The notes under the pieces were generated by a model. That model worked only from the letters and a program-made list of their open reading frames with translations, searched no databases and was not told the origin of the DNA. From assembly GCA_963674965.2 (NCBI GenBank), contig CAXXFL010000001.1, positions 832,001 through 896,000 on the forward strand: DNA of 64,000 nt. The letters run 5' to 3'. The translations under genes and the position numbers were made by a program. This stretch comes from a bacterium (lineage in GTDB: Bacteria > RBG-13-61-14 > DATKZS01). Each line of letters begins with the position of its first letter. Position 1 is the stretch's first letter. Positions 8,855 to 18,532 of the stretch are shown piece after piece.

Positions 8855-9991
8855 TTATGACGAGCCCTCGCGGGTAAGAGCGCGGATTTCCTCGAGCACC
8901 GCGTCGGCCGCGGCCTCGAGCTGGGAAGGGGAAAGATGCTGGTGGACGGGAAGCGAGACAATCTCGCCCGCGGCCGCCTCGGCCTCGGGGCAGTCGCCCG
9001 GCCCCATGCCCAAAAAGGCGAAGGCCGGCTGGAGATGGACGGGCGTGGGGTAATGAATTAGGGTGGGAACGCCGCGCGCTTTGAGACGCTCGCGAAGCTC
9101 GTCCCGCTCGGAGGAAGGGACCCGGATAACGTACTGATGGAATACGTGGATTCTTCCCTCGCTCGTCACCGGCGCGTTGACGAACTCCTCCTCCTCGAAG
9201 CGGGCGCCGTAATAGGAGGCGTTGGACCGCCTCTTCCCGTTCCATTCGTCAAGCTTCTTAAGTTTGGCCATGAGCACGGCCGCTTGTAGAGAATCGAGCC
9301 TGCTGTTAAAGCCGAGACAGTCGTGCCGGTTTTTAATGACGGACCCGTAATTGGCCAGGAGCCTGACCTTCTCGTCTATCTCGGGGCTCGAGGTCGCCAC
9401 CATCCCCGCGTCGCCCACGCCCCCCAGGTTCTTGGTCGGATAAAAGCTGAAGGCCGAGGCCGCGCCCATGGTCCCCGCCCTTTTGCCTTTATACGTCGCG
9501 CCGTGGGCCTGGCAGGCGTCCTCGATAACCGCGGCGCCCCGGCCCTCGGCCCAGGATAAAATCGGGTCCATGTCCGCCGGCTGGCCGTAAAGATGCACCG
9601 GGACCACCGCCTTGACCCCGCACTCACCGTCATCGGGCAAGAGATCGGGATCGAGATTAAGGTCCATGGGATTGACGTCGATAAATAGCGGGGTCGCGCC
9701 CGCGTGAATAATGGCCATGGCCGTGGCCGTAAAGGTGTTGGCCGCCGTGACCACCAGGTCGCCCTCACCGACCCCGGCCGCCCGGAGCGCCAGGTGGATG
9801 GCGTCAGTGCCAGAGGCGACCCCCACCGCGCGGGAGACCCCGAGATACTCGGCGAAGGACTTCTCGAACAAATCCACCGCCCGCCCCTGAATGTAGTCTC
9901 CCCTTGAAAGAACGTCGGACAGGGCCGCGTCGATCTCGTCTTTCAACTCGAGGTAGTCCGCCGCCGGGTCGTTGAATTTTATCGCTTCCAA
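8855..9991 (-). CDS. DegT/DnrJ/EryC1/StrS sugar aminotransferase
   Basis: SGTDA, VHLYGQ, EDACQAHGA, SFYPTKNLG, NSRLD; probable TTG start at 9991. Confidence 0.92.
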   Translation of the reverse strand: MEAIKFNDPAADYLELKDEIDAALSDVLSRGDYIQGRAVDLFEKSFAEYLGVSRAVGVASGTDAIHLALRAAGVGEGDLVVTAANTFTATAMAIIHAGATPLFIDVNPMDLNLDPDLLPDDGECGVKAVVPVHLYGQPADMDPILSWAEGRGAAVIEDACQAHGATYKGKRAGTMGAASAFSFYPTKNLGGVGDAGMVATSSPEIDEKVRLLANYGSVIKNRHDCLGFNSRLDSLQAAVLMAKLKKLDEWNGKRRSNASYYGARFEEEEFVNAPVTSEGRIHVFHQYVIRVPSSERDELRERLKARGVPTLIHYPTPVHLQPAFAFLGMGPGDCPEAEAAAGEIVSLPVHQHLSPSQLEAAADAVLEEIRALTREGSS

Positions 9992-9993
9992 CT

Positions 9994-10740
9994 CTAGCTC
10001 CTGATCCCCAGCCTTAAATATACAAGGGGCCTTAAGATGCTCCACCAGCCGCTGAGCGGCTTCATCTTGGTGTAGCCCTCTTCCTTGCTGGGATAGAACT
10101 TGTCCACCGGCGCCTCGCCCACCTTGTACCCCAGCGCTATGGTCTTGTAAAAAAGGTACGGCTCGAGCTCGTAGCGGTCCAGCCACTCCTGCCCGAGGTC
10201 GATGCCCGGATCATCGAGAACGCGAAGGTCAAGCGCCCGAAAGCCGTTGGTCGAGTCGGTAATCCTGTGCCCGGTGAAAAGGCTCATGAGCCAGGGATGA
10301 AGGTACCTGGTGGCGAGGAAACGGTAAGCCGGCATGCCCCGGTGCCCGCCCTGGGGAAGGTATCTCGAGCCCTGGATAAAGTCGTAATCCCCCTTTAAGA
10401 CCGGATCGAGAAGACGGGGAATCTGGTCGGGGTTGTCCTTGCCGTTGCCCGCGATGGTCACCGCGGCCTTGCACCCCATCTCGCGGGCCGCGTTGTATAT
10501 CTTCCGAACCGCGACCCCCGCGCCAAGGTTCTCCAGGTGGCGCACCCACACGAAAGGATAGACGTCCTTCAACTCGTCGTAAACCCCGTCGTCCGAGCCG
10601 TCGTCAACCACGAAAACGACGAACTCGAGATTCTCCGAGCTCATCTCCTTGACGAAGCGGTCGAGCTTGGCCGAAAGCTTTTTGAACTTTTCGCCCTCGT
10701 TCAAAATAGCCGTGCCGATAAGGACTTTCACTGGGGCCAT
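9994..10740 (-). CDS. Glycosyltransferase family 2 (DPM1-like)
   Basis: VVDDGSDD, QGSRY, TDSTNGFRA motifs. Confidence 0.88.
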   Translation of the reverse strand: MAPVKVLIGTAILNEGEKFKKLSAKLDRFVKEMSSENLEFVVFVVDDGSDDGVYDELKDVYPFVWVRHLENLGAGVAVRKIYNAAREMGCKAAVTIAGNGKDNPDQIPRLLDPVLKGDYDFIQGSRYLPQGGHRGMPAYRFLATRYLHPWLMSLFTGHRITDSTNGFRALDLRVLDDPGIDLGQEWLDRYELEPYLFYKTIALGYKVGEAPVDKFYPSKEEGYTKMKPLSGWWSILRPLVYLRLGIRS

Positions 10741-10748
10741 GGCGGACT

Positions 10749-11477
10749 TCAAACCTTCCCGATAATATAATCGACGCGCCAGGAACACGCGGTGGGCTCT
10801 CCCTCCCTCCAGAAGTGGTTGAACGAGTCGACCACCTTGACCGGCGCGTCAAGTTTCTCCTCTAACTTTATATAATAATCGTCCGGAAAAAGCACGATGG
10901 GAGGAGAGTGATCGCGTGAACTGTCGCGGCCGGCGCCAAAAGCCTCGCGGCAATAGGACAGGTACCGGGCCTTTTCACGGTCGTATTTTTCCCGGCCGCT
11001 CGCGAGAGGCATCTGCCCGGCCAACACCATCCCGCCCGGCCCGGTCACCCGTAGGGCCTCCAGCAAGGCCCGACCGATATCGTCCTCGTCGGTGAAGTTC
11101 ATCAATGTAAAGTAGATGAGAACGCGGTCGAAAGAACCATTTCCAAAGGGAAGGAAAAGAGCGTCGGCCAACGCCGGCTTCAGACCGGGATAGAGGGCCG
11201 CCCGGCCTATCATGGAAGGCGCGAAGTCCACGGCGAACACGGCGCGGGCGTTCTCGGCCAGGGCCGCGCCTATCCAGCCGGGACCGCAGCCGACGTCGAG
11301 CAGGGTCATCGACGAGTCAAGTCCAAGCTTTTTCCCGACGTCCTCCATCATCAGCCGGATTTTTTTCTCGGGCCAGACCACACCCTCGATGGTATCCCAT
11401 TTGGAGAGAAGCCAGGGACTCTCGCCCAGCTTCCCGGCCCTCTCCCTGGCCCACGCTATCCAGAGCTCGCGGTTCAT
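10749..11477 (-). CDS. Class I SAM-dependent methyltransferase
   Basis: LLDVGCGPG, VDFA, LPF..GSFD motifs. Confidence 0.85.
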   Translation of the reverse strand: MNRELWIAWARERAGKLGESPWLLSKWDTIEGVVWPEKKIRLMMEDVGKKLGLDSSMTLLDVGCGPGWIGAALAENARAVFAVDFAPSMIGRAALYPGLKPALADALFLPFGNGSFDRVLIYFTLMNFTDEDDIGRALLEALRVTGPGGMVLAGQMPLASGREKYDREKARYLSYCREAFGAGRDSSRDHSPPIVLFPDDYYIKLEEKLDAPVKVVDSFNHFWREGEPTACSWRVDYIIGKV

Positions 11478-11482
11478 GGCCC

Positions 11483-12550
11483 TTACGCGAAGTATCCGTA
11501 GAGGGCCCGGCCTATCTTCTCGGTTACGCCGTCGGGCACGCCGGGCCTGGTCGCTATTGCGGTGATCTCGGAAAGGGCCCGCCTCGCCTCGGACGCGTCG
11601 TCCCCCCCTTCCCGAAGGTAAAACCTTATCTCTTGCTCGTCCGCCCCCATGTGCCGCTTGTACCTTATCAGCCCCGGCTGGTCGTCGTCGGACAGTCCCA
11701 GGTCGAAGGCCCGGAGTCCTTTTTCAACGCCAAGCCTTATCCCCTCCCAATGGAGCAGGTGGTTGGCGCGGAGGTTCGGCCGCTCATAATCCGAGGCGCC
11801 GAACTTATAAATAGTCTGGTCTTGCCAGAATAACAGGCAATGGGCCGCGGCCATGGCTCCGTTTTCGTCGAAGGCCCCGAGAAAGGTCCCGCCCCCATGC
11901 CGTATGATCTCGTTCCAGATACTTTGGAAAAAGTCCCAGGGCTGAGCCAACAGGCCGTACCGGTACTTGCGAACTCGAAGCTGCATCTCGTAAAAGGACC
12001 TAAGCTCCTTCTTTTTCAGGTGCCGGACGGTAAGGCCGTTTTTACGGGCGAGCCTGACCGCCCTTCTGAATTGAGGATGAGTCCTTTCCCAGGCATCCTC
12101 CTCGCTACTCGCCAGAGGAAGAAGGTGCCGGCGAGCGGTCTTGCCTAATGCAAAACCAAGATTGGCGGGCGGACCTTTTTCCTCGATCCACCGAAGAGTA
12201 ATCTTGTGATCGGGATACTCCCTGACAACGGCCTTGACCATGGCCGTCACCTGGGAGCGACGACTCGATACGGGGTCGCAAAAGTCGCTGAAGGCCATGC
12301 TCACCACGCGTCTTCCCAGCTCGTCCTCCACGGCCGCGAAGTGAAGGCCGGCTATATATTCGCCGTCCCGCTCGACCACCGCCGCCTTGACCGGAAAACC
12401 GTAAGTCCCGGAAACGGCCTTGATCCAGCCGGGAGAATGGAAGACGCTCGAGGGATTTTTCTCGACCAGGGAAATCCATCTCCGGTCCGCCAGGGGAAAA
12501 ATGATCTTGGTTTCGATTTTATTGGACATGGATTTCGGGGACGGGATCAT
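11483..12550 (-). CDS. FemAB-like/GNAT family acyltransferase
   Basis: SVFHSPGW, RRAVRLARK, YKFGAS, ANHLLHWEGI, FDLG, GLIRYK motifs; start overlaps the upstream stop (the ORF track extension is spurious). Confidence 0.8.
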   Translation of the reverse strand: MIPSPKSMSNKIETKIIFPLADRRWISLVEKNPSSVFHSPGWIKAVSGTYGFPVKAAVVERDGEYIAGLHFAAVEDELGRRVVSMAFSDFCDPVSSRRSQVTAMVKAVVREYPDHKITLRWIEEKGPPANLGFALGKTARRHLLPLASSEEDAWERTHPQFRRAVRLARKNGLTVRHLKKKELRSFYEMQLRVRKYRYGLLAQPWDFFQSIWNEIIRHGGGTFLGAFDENGAMAAAHCLLFWQDQTIYKFGASDYERPNLRANHLLHWEGIRLGVEKGLRAFDLGLSDDDQPGLIRYKRHMGADEQEIRFYLREGGDDASEARRALSEITAIATRPGVPDGVTEKIGRALYGYFA

Positions 12551-13575
12551 TTGCCTCGCGCCAGGGCCTTCTGAACCATCTCGAGGGTCCTTACCACCTC
12601 GAGGCCGTTGTTCCCGTCGCTGAGGGGTTTTTGGCGCGAGCGGACGCACTCGATAAAATGCCCGTTCTGCAGGACCATGGGTTCCTCGGCGCTGATCTTG
12701 GGCATATGCACGTCGCTGGCCCGGGCCATGCGGACGAAAGACCCGAAGTCCGAGTAAAAGGGCTCCTCCAGGCTCCCCCTCGAGTGGACCCGCACCGGCT
12801 CGAGGGGATTCAAGTCGTCCCAGATAATCATGCGGTGACTGCCGACCACCATGATCTCCCGCTGCTTGCGGGGAGTGAGCCAACTCACGTGAACGTGGCC
12901 GAGGGTCCCGCCCGGATAATGGAGCGTGATGAAGCCGATGTCCTCCCGTCCCGGCTTTAAAAAGGAGGCCGCCTGGGCCGACGCCTTTTTGGGCGGGCCG
13001 CCCATAAGGTAATTGAAGATGGAAACGTCGTGGGTGGCCAGATCGTAAACCACGTTGACGTCTTCCCTGACCGGTCCCGGATTGGTGCGCATCGAGGTCA
13101 TGTAATAGACCTTGCCCATCTTCTCCGACTCGATGTACTGCTTGATCTTTTGAATGCCCGCGTTGTACATGAAGATGTGGCCCACCATGAGCACGCGCTT
13201 CTTGCGGCCGGCCAGGGAGTTGAGCTCGCGGCACTCCGCGGAGGACACGGCCAGCGGCTTTTCGCAAAGCACGTCTTTTCCGCTCTCGAGCGCGGCGCCG
13301 GCGATCTCGCGGTGGGTCTTGCCGGGGGTGGCCACCACCACGGCGTCCACTTCGCCCGAGCGCAGCACCTCACGATAATCGCCGGTAAACTCTACTTCAG
13401 GGTAAAGAGATGAAAGGGCCTCGAGGCGGGACCCGTCCGAGTCCGAGGCGAAAACCACCCGGGCGTCGGCCAGTTGTCTGAAAGTCCTCAGATAGTTTGG
13501 ACCCCAATGGCCAAGGCCGATTACGCCGATGCCGACTTGACCGGCCGCGCCGGATTTCCTTTTCGCGCTCGCCAA
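12547..13575 (-). CDS. Gfo/Idh/MocA family NAD-dependent oxidoreductase
   Basis: GVIGLGHWG, CEKP, MVGH, DLATHD; start approximate (TTG). Confidence 0.88.
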   Translation of the reverse strand: MASAKRKSGAAGQVGIGVIGLGHWGPNYLRTFRQLADARVVFASDSDGSRLEALSSLYPEVEFTGDYREVLRSGEVDAVVVATPGKTHREIAGAALESGKDVLCEKPLAVSSAECRELNSLAGRKKRVLMVGHIFMYNAGIQKIKQYIESEKMGKVYYMTSMRTNPGPVREDVNVVYDLATHDVSIFNYLMGGPPKKASAQAASFLKPGREDIGFITLHYPGGTLGHVHVSWLTPRKQREIMVVGSHRMIIWDDLNPLEPVRVHSRGSLEEPFYSDFGSFVRMARASDVHMPKISAEEPMVLQNGHFIECVRSRQKPLSDGNNGLEVVRTLEMVQKALARGK

Positions 13576-13650
13576 CTTGAATCTCCCGCTTGATTTAATA
13601 GCACCGCCCCAAGGATATTGCAAAATTCCGGGAAACGACTTTTACCCGGT

Positions 13651-15534
13651 TCAATCCAGATGAGACTTGATTTTCTCCGCGTCCTTTTTGCTCACCCCCG
13701 GCGTCCCGGCTATCTCGTCCACGCTCGCGTTTCTTATCCCGCTTATGCCGCCGAACTTCTTGATCAACGCCGCGGCCTTTTTACCGCCCACGCCGGGCAC
13801 GTCCTCCAAGACCGAGCGCTTGAACTGCCTGGACCGAAGCAGCTTGTGATAGGAAACCGCGAAAGCGTGGGCCTCGTCCCGAATCCTCTGCAAAAGAAAC
13901 ATGGCCTCCGTGGCCCGCTTCAGATGCACCGGCTCCTTGGCCCCCGGCACGAAAACGCGCTCTCCCTTTTTCTTCAGTTCCTCCGAGAGCGGGTCCCCAA
14001 TCTCGCCGTCCTTGGCCAGCCCGGCCAGGTCCACCGAGTTAACGCCCAGTTCCTCCATTACCGCCCGGGCCACGTTGAGCTGGCCCTTGCCTCCGTCCAC
14101 CACCAGGAGGTCGGGGAGGGGCGAGCCTTCCCGCAGCGCCCGTCCGAAACGGCGGGTCAAGACCTCCCGCATCATGTCGTAGTCGTTCACGCCCTTCACG
14201 TCCTTGATCCGATATCTGCGGTAGCCGGACTTGTCGGGGTATCCCTCCAGGAACTTGACCACCGAACCGACCGCGTGCTCTCCCGCCAGGTTCGAAATAT
14301 CGACGCACTCGATCCAATGAGGAGAACGGCTAAGACGGAGCCTGGCCTGCAATTCCTCGATGGCTCGTTGCCCGTCCTCGCTCCGGTCGCTCGAGCGCCT
14401 CAGGGACTCGCCCGCGTTGGCCGAGGCCATCTCGACCAGCTCTTTGCCCTCACCACGGAGGGGGACCCGAAACGAGACCTTTTTGCCCCGAGCCTCGGAA
14501 AGGGACTCCACAATGACCGCCGAGTCGGCCGGCGTAAAAGGCGCGAGTATCTCGTCCGGCGGCTCGGCCCTGTCCGGGTAAAGCTGGGACAAAAAGGAAC
14601 CCAAGACCTCGTCGTCGGGCAGGCTGAGCCTGGAAAAGTTGCTGGACTCGCTTATTAAAAGTATCCCGTCCCGATAGCCAAGAAGATGCAAGGCGACCCG
14701 GTCGCCCTCCCGGTAAAACCCGATGACGTCGCGGTTGACCGGACGGGTCGAGTCGACCTTTTGCCGCTCCAGGGTAAGCTCGATCGCCTGGACCCGGTCC
14801 CTGAGCCGCGCCGCCAGCTCGAACTTCTCCGCCTCGGCCGCCTCCAGCATTTTTTCCTTCAACTCCTTGACCAACTCAGGTTTTCTTCCCTTCAAAAAAC
14901 GCGTGACCTGGTCCACCATCGCCCGGTACTCCTCTTCGTCAACCCCACCCGTGCAGGGACCGAGACACGCCCCGATCTGATGGTTGAGACAGGCCCGGTC
15001 GCGAAGCCGGAACCTTCCCTGACAGCGGCGAAGAGGAAAAATCTCCTGCAGCGTCTTGATGGTGGACTTGACCGAGGCGCTCGAGCTGTAAGGCCCGAAC
15101 AACTCGTCCCTGCCCCCCTTTTTCGGACGCCTGGCGAGAAGAAGCCGGGGAAACTTCTCGGACGTGGTGAGCCGGACGTGGAAATAGGTCTTGTCGTCGC
15201 GAAGCCTCAGGTTATAGCGGGGCCGGTATTTCTTGATCAGGTTGTTCTCGAGGATAAGCGCCTCTTTTTCATTGTCCGTGATCACGTACTCGAGGTCCCA
15301 GGTCCCGCGCCTCAGGAATTGGACGTGGCGTCTTCCGTCGCCCGAGTCCTTGCCGTAAGACCTGACGCGCGCCCGGAGGTTCTTGGCCTTGCCCACGTAA
15401 AGGACCTTGCCTTCCTTGTTTTTAAAGATATAGACGCCCGGCGAGGTGGGCAGGGCGGGGATTTTCTCCTCCCACCGGGAGGATGGGTTTTCCCCTTGAT
15501 CCCGCTCGGTCGCTTTTACGCCGTCCTCTTCCAT
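13651..15534 (-). CDS. uvrC: Excinuclease ABC subunit C
   Basis: GIY-YIG PGVY...YVGKAKNLR, ECVDISN, PDLLVVDGGKGQ, RIRDEAH, C-terminal HhH. Confidence 0.97.
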   Translation of the reverse strand: MEEDGVKATERDQGENPSSRWEEKIPALPTSPGVYIFKNKEGKVLYVGKAKNLRARVRSYGKDSGDGRRHVQFLRRGTWDLEYVITDNEKEALILENNLIKKYRPRYNLRLRDDKTYFHVRLTTSEKFPRLLLARRPKKGGRDELFGPYSSSASVKSTIKTLQEIFPLRRCQGRFRLRDRACLNHQIGACLGPCTGGVDEEEYRAMVDQVTRFLKGRKPELVKELKEKMLEAAEAEKFELAARLRDRVQAIELTLERQKVDSTRPVNRDVIGFYREGDRVALHLLGYRDGILLISESSNFSRLSLPDDEVLGSFLSQLYPDRAEPPDEILAPFTPADSAVIVESLSEARGKKVSFRVPLRGEGKELVEMASANAGESLRRSSDRSEDGQRAIEELQARLRLSRSPHWIECVDISNLAGEHAVGSVVKFLEGYPDKSGYRRYRIKDVKGVNDYDMMREVLTRRFGRALREGSPLPDLLVVDGGKGQLNVARAVMEELGVNSVDLAGLAKDGEIGDPLSEELKKKGERVFVPGAKEPVHLKRATEAMFLLQRIRDEAHAFAVSYHKLLRSRQFKRSVLEDVPGVGGKKAAALIKKFGGISGIRNASVDEIAGTPGVSKKDAEKIKSHLD

Positions 15535-15571
15535 TTCCCTTTCCCGCGCGCCGTGAATGACTATCGGTCTC

Positions 15572-16504
15572 TTATTTCAACTCGAAGACGGCCCTGACCG
15601 GGCAGTGGTCGGAGATGACGCCACCCTTGGAGTTCAGAGGGTAATCCACCGACCGCTCGAGGACGGTCATGTCCCTGTGCACGATCCAGTCGATCTTGAT
15701 CGCGCACCTGGCCTTGTCGCCCTCCGGCCGGCAGCCGCCGGTGGGAGAGTTGTCGCCCTTAAACGTATTTTCCATGCCCTTTCGCGGCAGCATGGTCCAC
15801 ATAAGGCCCCAGGGCAACTCGTTGAAGTCTCCGCCTATCACGGCCGGGCCCGGGCGGCCCTCCGCGTCCTCCACTATCTGAGACATCTGAAGCCACTTGC
15901 CCAGGGTCTCGGCGTTGCTCTCCAGGTGCGCGCTGTAAACGCGTACCCGGTCACCCGAGGGAAGCACCACGGTGGCCCCGAGAGTCACGCGCTCTCCCCG
16001 CCTGGGCTGTCCGTCGATCCATCCCCACCGCTCCCAGGAGTAGACCGTCCGATGCCGGATGACGGTGACGTCCTCGAGGGGGAAAGGAGAAAGGATGGCG
16101 TTGCCATGGTCGCCCTGGTTCTCAGGCGTCTCGTCGTTATACTCGATGTACTCGGTGACGAAGGCCATATTCATGCCCAGGGCCCTGGCCATTTCCCGGG
16201 CCACGAACACCTCGCCCGTGCGGCTGTGGTTGCGGTCCGACTCACTTATCAGCAATACCGTCGCCGGCGGGTCCTTTCTTTTCGACTCGACGTAATCGGC
16301 CACGTCCTCCCAGAAAAAGCCCCGCTCGATGTTGTAGGCGATGACCTGGAGACGGCCGTCAAAGGGAGTATCACTCGAGGCGTACGACTCGATTACGGGC
16401 GTATCTATGTCCCACGTTGTCTTGTCCTTTTTTCCAGCCAGAAGCGGACCCGCGATGATCATAATAACGGCCACCATGGCCGCGGCCGCCGCGCTTTTTC
16501 TCAT
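15572..16504 (-). CDS. Secreted endonuclease/exonuclease/phosphatase family protein
   Basis: Signal peptide after GGAGG RBS; YNIERG, GNAILS, SAHLE, GGDFN, IDWI, SDHCP. Confidence 0.85.
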   Translation of the reverse strand: MRKSAAAAAMVAVIMIIAGPLLAGKKDKTTWDIDTPVIESYASSDTPFDGRLQVIAYNIERGFFWEDVADYVESKRKDPPATVLLISESDRNHSRTGEVFVAREMARALGMNMAFVTEYIEYNDETPENQGDHGNAILSPFPLEDVTVIRHRTVYSWERWGWIDGQPRRGERVTLGATVVLPSGDRVRVYSAHLESNAETLGKWLQMSQIVEDAEGRPGPAVIGGDFNELPWGLMWTMLPRKGMENTFKGDNSPTGGCRPEGDKARCAIKIDWIVHRDMTVLERSVDYPLNSKGGVISDHCPVRAVFELK

Positions 16505-16538
16505 CTTGATTTCCTCCATTTTCTCCGGGCCTTCCCGG

Positions 16539-17879
16539 TCATCTTTTCCAAGGCGCCTTCTCCCTCTTGGGCTTTCGGGATTTATCGCGGCGGGGCTTGG
16601 CTGAGGGCGCGGCCATGACCGCGTCGACGTCGAACGCGACGGGCTCGGGCGCCTTCTTTTTCGAGGAAGGCTTTTTCGCCGCGGTCCCCGCCAGTCCCTT
16701 TTCCTCCATTTTGCGGACGAACTCGGCGCGAAGGATTTCTTCATCCCTCGTGAGCTTGGCCTCCATCTTGACCAGGTCCTGGAGGGGAAGCCCGTCGCCG
16801 CCGCGGTGGAACAGGGCCTCACCGCGAAGGGCGGCCTGCTCGCCGTTTATTAGCCCCTTTTTCCAGCGGGAGGGAATTTCCTCTTCACCCAGCCTGGCGC
16901 CCAAAATGGCGCCCACGATGGCGGCCATGGAGTCGGTGGCCTTGCCCAGACCGATGGTCTTTTTAAGGCCGTCCTCAAAATCGGCGGCGGTAAGGGCCAC
17001 GAATAGGCAGGAAAGGCCCGCGGCCATTACGAACCCCTGGCCGGGCTCGGTGATCTTATGCTCGGGGAACTGCCGGTTGGACTCCGCCACTATCTGCCGG
17101 AAGACCATGGACTTATCCGGCAGGTCGAGAAGGCGCGGAAACATGGAAAGCGCGTCTTTGGTCATGCCGATACGGTCGGTCAAGGAAACGGGGATAAGGT
17201 GGTAATACTCGAGCCTGACTAATTTCTCGGCCTTTTGGGAAGCCTCGATCAGGTCCTCCATCATGGCACGAGGCCTCTGGCCGTCCCATTCCCCGGTGAC
17301 CGACCGGGCCGCCGCGTGGGCCACCGCGGCGGCCATGACCAGGGCGCGCGGATCAAGGTGGGTGATCGCGCCCTGCCCGACGGCCGCCCGGATCCTGGCC
17401 TCTTCATCGTCAAAGTGGAAGAGTCCGGCCGGCGCGGCCCGAGACGCGGCCCCGACGCCGGCCGAGGGGGCCGCGGCTTTTTCCGGGGTCTCTCCCTCCA
17501 TGAGCGCGAACATGACCTTGCGGAAGTTGGGTCCCGCTCCCCGAATGGCGCCCAGCTTGCGGCCCGTGTCCGCCCCGGCCAGGGCTTTCAGCATCCTGAC
17601 GAGGTGGCCGGCGTCAAAGCCCCGGCATTTTAAAAGGGAGTCGGCAAGGGCAAGGGAGAGTTGCGCTCCGTCGCCGTAAAGACCCGGCCTCATCCACCGG
17701 TGCGGCTTCTTCTTCCAGGCGATGGAAGGATCGACGTAATCCTTGACCTCACCGTAAAGCTGACGGACGTGGCCGTCCTTAAGACCCTTCACCGGAGAAC
17801 CAAGAGCGTCGCCCACGGCGAGACCCAACATGGAGCCCCTGAACCTTTCAACCCTCATCTCGTGCGTCACCTCATCCAA
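16539..17879 (-). CDS. ADP-ribosylglycohydrolase (DraG/ARH) family protein with degenerate metal motifs
   Basis: GLAVGDALG, ITH, TDS.AAIVGAILGA, IP..W family motifs; Lys-rich tail. Confidence 0.8.
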   Translation of the reverse strand: MDEVTHEMRVERFRGSMLGLAVGDALGSPVKGLKDGHVRQLYGEVKDYVDPSIAWKKKPHRWMRPGLYGDGAQLSLALADSLLKCRGFDAGHLVRMLKALAGADTGRKLGAIRGAGPNFRKVMFALMEGETPEKAAAPSAGVGAASRAAPAGLFHFDDEEARIRAAVGQGAITHLDPRALVMAAAVAHAAARSVTGEWDGQRPRAMMEDLIEASQKAEKLVRLEYYHLIPVSLTDRIGMTKDALSMFPRLLDLPDKSMVFRQIVAESNRQFPEHKITEPGQGFVMAAGLSCLFVALTAADFEDGLKKTIGLGKATDSMAAIVGAILGARLGEEEIPSRWKKGLINGEQAALRGEALFHRGGDGLPLQDLVKMEAKLTRDEEILRAEFVRKMEEKGLAGTAAKKPSSKKKAPEPVAFDVDAVMAAPSAKPRRDKSRKPKREKAPWKR

Positions 17880-17917
17880 GAAAACGCGAGGCGAGACGGG
17901 ACCTTGGCCTTATCCGG

Positions 17918-18532
17918 CTAAAGAACGCCGGGATGGTGGCCAAGCCAGTCAGCCAGCTTCTTATTAAGAGCGTACAGGGCCCTTCCCCTGTGAGAAACCT
18001 TGAGCTTGTCCTTCCTCGTGAACTGGGCAAAGGTCTTGCCCACCGCGGGAAAATAGAATATCGGGTCGTAACCGAAACCGTTGACCCCGCGGGGCTCCTC
18101 CACGATTACCCCCTCGCATGAACCCTCGGCCGTGATCACCAATCCGTCCGGCGTGGCCACCGCGATCACGCACACGAACCTCGCCGAGCGCTTGTTTGCC
18201 GGGACCTCGCGAATAAGCTCTATCAGCTTTCGGTTGTTTTCCTCATCCGTCGCGTTCTCCCCGGCGAAGCGGGCCGAATATACGCCGGGCGCCCCGCCCA
18301 GGGCGTCAACCACCAGGCCCGAGTCGTCGGCTATGGCGTGCCTGTGCGCGTGCTCGGCGATGGCCCTGGCCTTTTTGACGGCGTTGGCGAAAAAGGTCTC
18401 GCCGTCCTCGATCACCTCGGGCGCCCTCGGATACCTGGAGAGGGAAACCACGTGGACGTTCGAGTCCACCAGAGCCTCCTGGATTTCGACCAGCTTGCCC
18501 TCGTTGCGGGTCGCGGCCACCAGCTCGATCAT
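17918..18532 (-). CDS. rdgB: XTP/dITP diphosphatase
   Basis: ATRNEGK, ADDSGL, PGVYSAR, GFGYDPIF, SHRG; follows rph. Confidence 0.95.
   Translation of the reverse strand: MIELVAATRNEGKLVEIQEALVDSNVHVVSLSRYPRAPEVIEDGETFFANAVKKARAIAEHAHRHAIADDSGLVVDALGGAPGVYSARFAGENATDEENNRKLIELIREVPANKRSARFVCVIAVATPDGLVITAEGSCEGVIVEEPRGVNGFGYDPIFYFPAVGKTFAQFTRKDKLKVSHRGRALYALNKKLADWLGHHPGVL

Noticed and set aside
12551-13267. N-terminal extensions in the ORF track (also 35081-35488, 60073-61089, 9992-10186, 16505-16822) as fusions or frameshifts
   Set aside because: They overlap well-supported upstream genes in another frame, and plausible internal starts exist
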